DNA of 63,854 nucleotides, the filler included, from Mustelus asterias (lineage: Eukaryota), in the NCBI RefSeq assembly GCF_964213995.1. It is 5 parts of 5 records of this genome, joined end to end, with 100 filler letters (N's around TTAATTAATTAA, not from the genome) between each part and the next. Parts side by side here need not be neighbours in the genome. Positions count along the whole stretch, not along the records: positions 60,983 to 63,854 come from NW_027590468.1; 4 more parts are not named here. The stretch is one strand, 5' to 3'. Below, piece by piece: positions 60,983 through 63,854 of this stretch (within the stretch, counting starts at the first letter, position 1; each line of letters opens with the position of its first letter). Under the pieces are notes generated by a model. That model saw only the letters and a program-made list of their open reading frames with translations. It had not been told where the DNA came from and searched no databases. The position numbers and the translations under genes are program-made.

Positions 60983-63750
60983 CTCTGTCTCTATATCTCT
61001 ATCTGTTCTCTGCTTCCCTCTCTCTGTGAATCATTGTCTGAATCACAGCAGATTCCTCACTAACTCCATCTCTATATCTCTGTCTCTTATCTCTGCTCCC
61101 TCCCTTCTCTGTGAATCAATGTCTGAATTACAGTCGCATCCTATCTCCATCTCTATATCTCTCTGCCTCTTATCTCTCTCTGTATCTGATCTCTGCTTCC
61201 CTCTCTCTGTGAATCATTCTGTCTGAATTACAGTAGCATTCTCTCTAACTCCATCTCTATATCTCTCTGCTTCTCTGCCTCTTATCTCCCTCTCTGCTCT
61301 CTTGTGGGGGACGGGCCAGATCACGGGTTTGCTGTTCACAAGCAGCAAAGGCCCAGGAACGCAGAGGGAGGGAATCGGGGGCAATTCAGAGGGATTCAGC
61401 ACTGCTGAAAGGGGGGAGTGTGTAATACAGGGGCTTGTTCAGAGCCAGGGGCTATTAGACAGAGAGGGAAGGGGCTGGTGGGGGAGGCTGTTGTACAAGA
61501 GGGGGGAATATTATAACACAGGCTGACCAGAGTCAGGGGTTATCAGAGAAAGGGGGCAATTGAGGGGGGGGGGGGAATCAGACAGGGGGTCTGTTGTACA
61601 GGATGGGGGTGCGGGATGTTATAACACAGGCTGCTCAGTGTCAGGGGAATTAGTCGTTTGAACGTTAATGTTTAAAATGGGCAGAGTTTCCACATCCAAC
61701 TCCACCAGGAGCTGTTTACAGGGGGGTGGTGGACGGGGATAGATGTGTGGTGGGGGGGGGGGGGGGGGGGGTTTACTAATTAGAAGGGGGGGGATCTGTC
61801 AGTCCAGAGGCTGTTCACAGGGAGGGAGTGGGAATTTGCCAGGTTGAGAGGGGTGGGGGGAAAGAGGGGAACTTAGAGGGATATTCAGCCGGGGGGCTTT
61901 GAAGATGGTTTGGGCAGTGGGGGAGCGGGGTACGGGGCTCAGAGGGAAGGATCGGGAGATTTAGAGGGATTGTGAGGAGGGACAACAGATTTGGCTGGAG
62001 TGGGGGGGGGGGGGGGAATTGACAGGGATTCAAGGAGGAGAGTGTAGAGGGATGTAGGGAGAGACTCAGGGATTGTGGTCGGGAATTAGAGGGATTCAGG
62101 GGGATTTAAGGGTCTCATGGGGACTTTGGGATTTAGCGGGACTGAGAGGGAGGGAATCAGGGGGAACTGAGGGGGATTCGGGAAGGGGGGGTTTAGAGGG
62201 GGATTTCTGGGGTTCTGAGGGATACAGGAGGGATTGGGGGGCTTACGGGGATTAAAAGACATGGTTTGGTGCTCAGACAGATTGAAGGGGTGGGATTGGA
62301 GAGGGAGCAGGATTCGGGGGCAGAGGAATGTGGCGAGGGTGGGTGCGATCTCGGGAGACATTCAGGGGAGATTCTAGAGGAATCTCAGGGGCTTAGAATC
62401 TGGGGAGGGTCTGGATGGGGTAGGGAGTCAGAGAGGGGGTTAGCGGGAGGGGCGATTTGGGGTGGAGGGAAAGGGATTGAGGGCGGGGTGGATTCATAGG
62501 GATTTGGGAGGGGGGAAATTCAGAGAGGGATTTAGGGTGTGGCCTTGCATCAGGGTTAGAATTGGGGGGGTGCCGAGCGATTCGGAGCGGGGGGGTGACT
62601 CAGAGGGATACAGGGGTGGGGAGGACTGAGGAAGGATTGGGTGCAGGCGTCAGGGGGGGCTTGAGTTTGGCAGGGGGGGCAAAGGGAGCCTTTGGGGGGG
62701 GCTGAGGAATTGGGGCAGGAACTTGGAGGATTCAGGGGGCTGAGAGTCAGATTGGCAGTGGGTGTCAGAGAGATTGAGCGGGGGGAGGGGGTGCTTACAG
62801 AGTCGGATGAAAGGAGATGGGGCAGAGGGACAGGGAATCAGGTGGGGGAAAGAGGAGTTTTGGGGGGGGAATTAGTGGAGATTGAGGGCGGGGGGTTGAG
62901 AAGGATTGGGAGGGGCTCAGAGGGCTTTGGCGGTGAGTTCCTGAGAGAGAGTGAGTGGGGGGGTGATGGCTTTGGCGGTGAGTTCCTGAGAGAGAGTGAG
63001 TGGGGGGGTGATTAGAGTGGGATTGGAGAAGATTGGGCAGAGAGGATCAGGGGGAGGGGCAGAGAGGATCGGGAGGAGGGGCAGAGAGAGATTGGGCAGA
63101 GGGGAGGTTCAGAGGGGTTTAAGTGGAGGGACTGAGAGTGGGTTTGGGCAGTGGGGATTTAAAGGGGGTTTTGGGGGGTGGGGAACCTGGAGGGGAGAGG
63201 GGAATTTGGGGGTGAGAGATTGAGTGCGGCAGGTTTAGGATTGGGAGTGGGTTCAGGAGTCGGGGGGGATTAGGCTCAGTGGGGGTTGGGTCTGTCGGTG
63301 GGTGTGGGGTTCGGGTCTGTCGGTGGGGGTGGGGTTCGGGTCTGTCGGTGGGGGTGGGGTTCGGGTCTGTCGGTGGGGGTGGGGTTCGGGTCTGTCGGTG
63401 GGGGTGGGTGTGGGGTTCGGGTCTGTCGGTGGGGGCTGGGTCTGTCGGTGGGGGTGGGGTTTGGGTCTGTCGGTGGGGGTGGGGTTTGGGTCTGTCGGTG
63501 GGGGTGGGGTTTGGGTCTGTCGGTGGGGGTGGGGTTTGGGTCTGTCGGTGGGGGTGGGGTTTGGGTCTGTCGGTGGGGGTGGGGTTTGGGGACAGGAGTT
63601 CAGGAGCTGGGGAGGGGCCCCTATGGATAGGGCTGGGATTTGGGGGGAGGGGGGGTGAAATCCTGGTGGGACTGGAGGGTCTCAGAGGAATTGGTCAGGG
63701 CGGGTCTGAGAGGGGGGGACAGCTCGGGGGGGGGGAACAAGGGGGGGGGG
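60983..63750 (-). repeat. Near-identical reverse-complement copy of 55628-57400 with ~1 kb extra G-rich sequence (62018-63015)
   Basis: Identical or single-substitution ORF translations on opposite strands (57158-57358 vs 61026-61226; 55747-56091 vs 63286-63630; 56982-57170 vs 61214-61402). Confidence 0.93.
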
Positions 63751-63791
63751 GAACAAGCGGGGGTGGGGGGGGGAACAAGCGGGGAACAAGC

Positions 63792-63854
63792 GGGGGGCGG
63801 GCAGTCGGGGGGCGGGCAGTCGGGGGGCGGGCAGTCGGGGGGCGGGCAGTCGGG
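63792..63854. repeat. Short G-rich tandem repeat (GGGGGGCGGGCAGTC)n
   Basis: Four copies at the window end. Confidence 0.85.

Overview
Eukaryotic genomic DNA from a cartilaginous fish, most likely a shark. This is inferred from the cluster-type IgH locus, the shark-type MHC class I gene and abundant HE1-like SINEs. Five contigs are joined by identical 100-bp spacers (44N-TTAATTAATTAA-44N), so adjacency across them is unproven. Contig 1 (1-22607) holds a decayed VH pseudogene and an IgM-type heavy-chain cluster in which V appears already joined in the germline to D1 (leader, VD1, D2, JH, with RSSs). No constant exon is recognisable in the 8.7 kb after JH. Contig 2 (22708-50756) holds an MHC class I gene on the same strand, with alpha1, alpha2, alpha3, TM and two cytoplasmic exons in one open frame. 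I found no leader exon for it, and two of its peptide-anchor residues are non-canonical. The same contig carries a divergent intronless CHRM2-like receptor and a CR1-truncated GPR139-like GPCR. Contig 3 is a young Gypsy LTR retrotransposon with a YLDN RT motif and a self-complementary (non-tRNA) primer site. Contigs 4 and 5 are G/C-skewed, minisatellite-rich and largely reverse-complement copies of each other. The most striking but unproven possibility is a C-less V(D)J unit lying upstream of a leaderless MHC class I gene, with compatible splice phases. Most other ORFs in the track are SINE or low-complexity artefacts.
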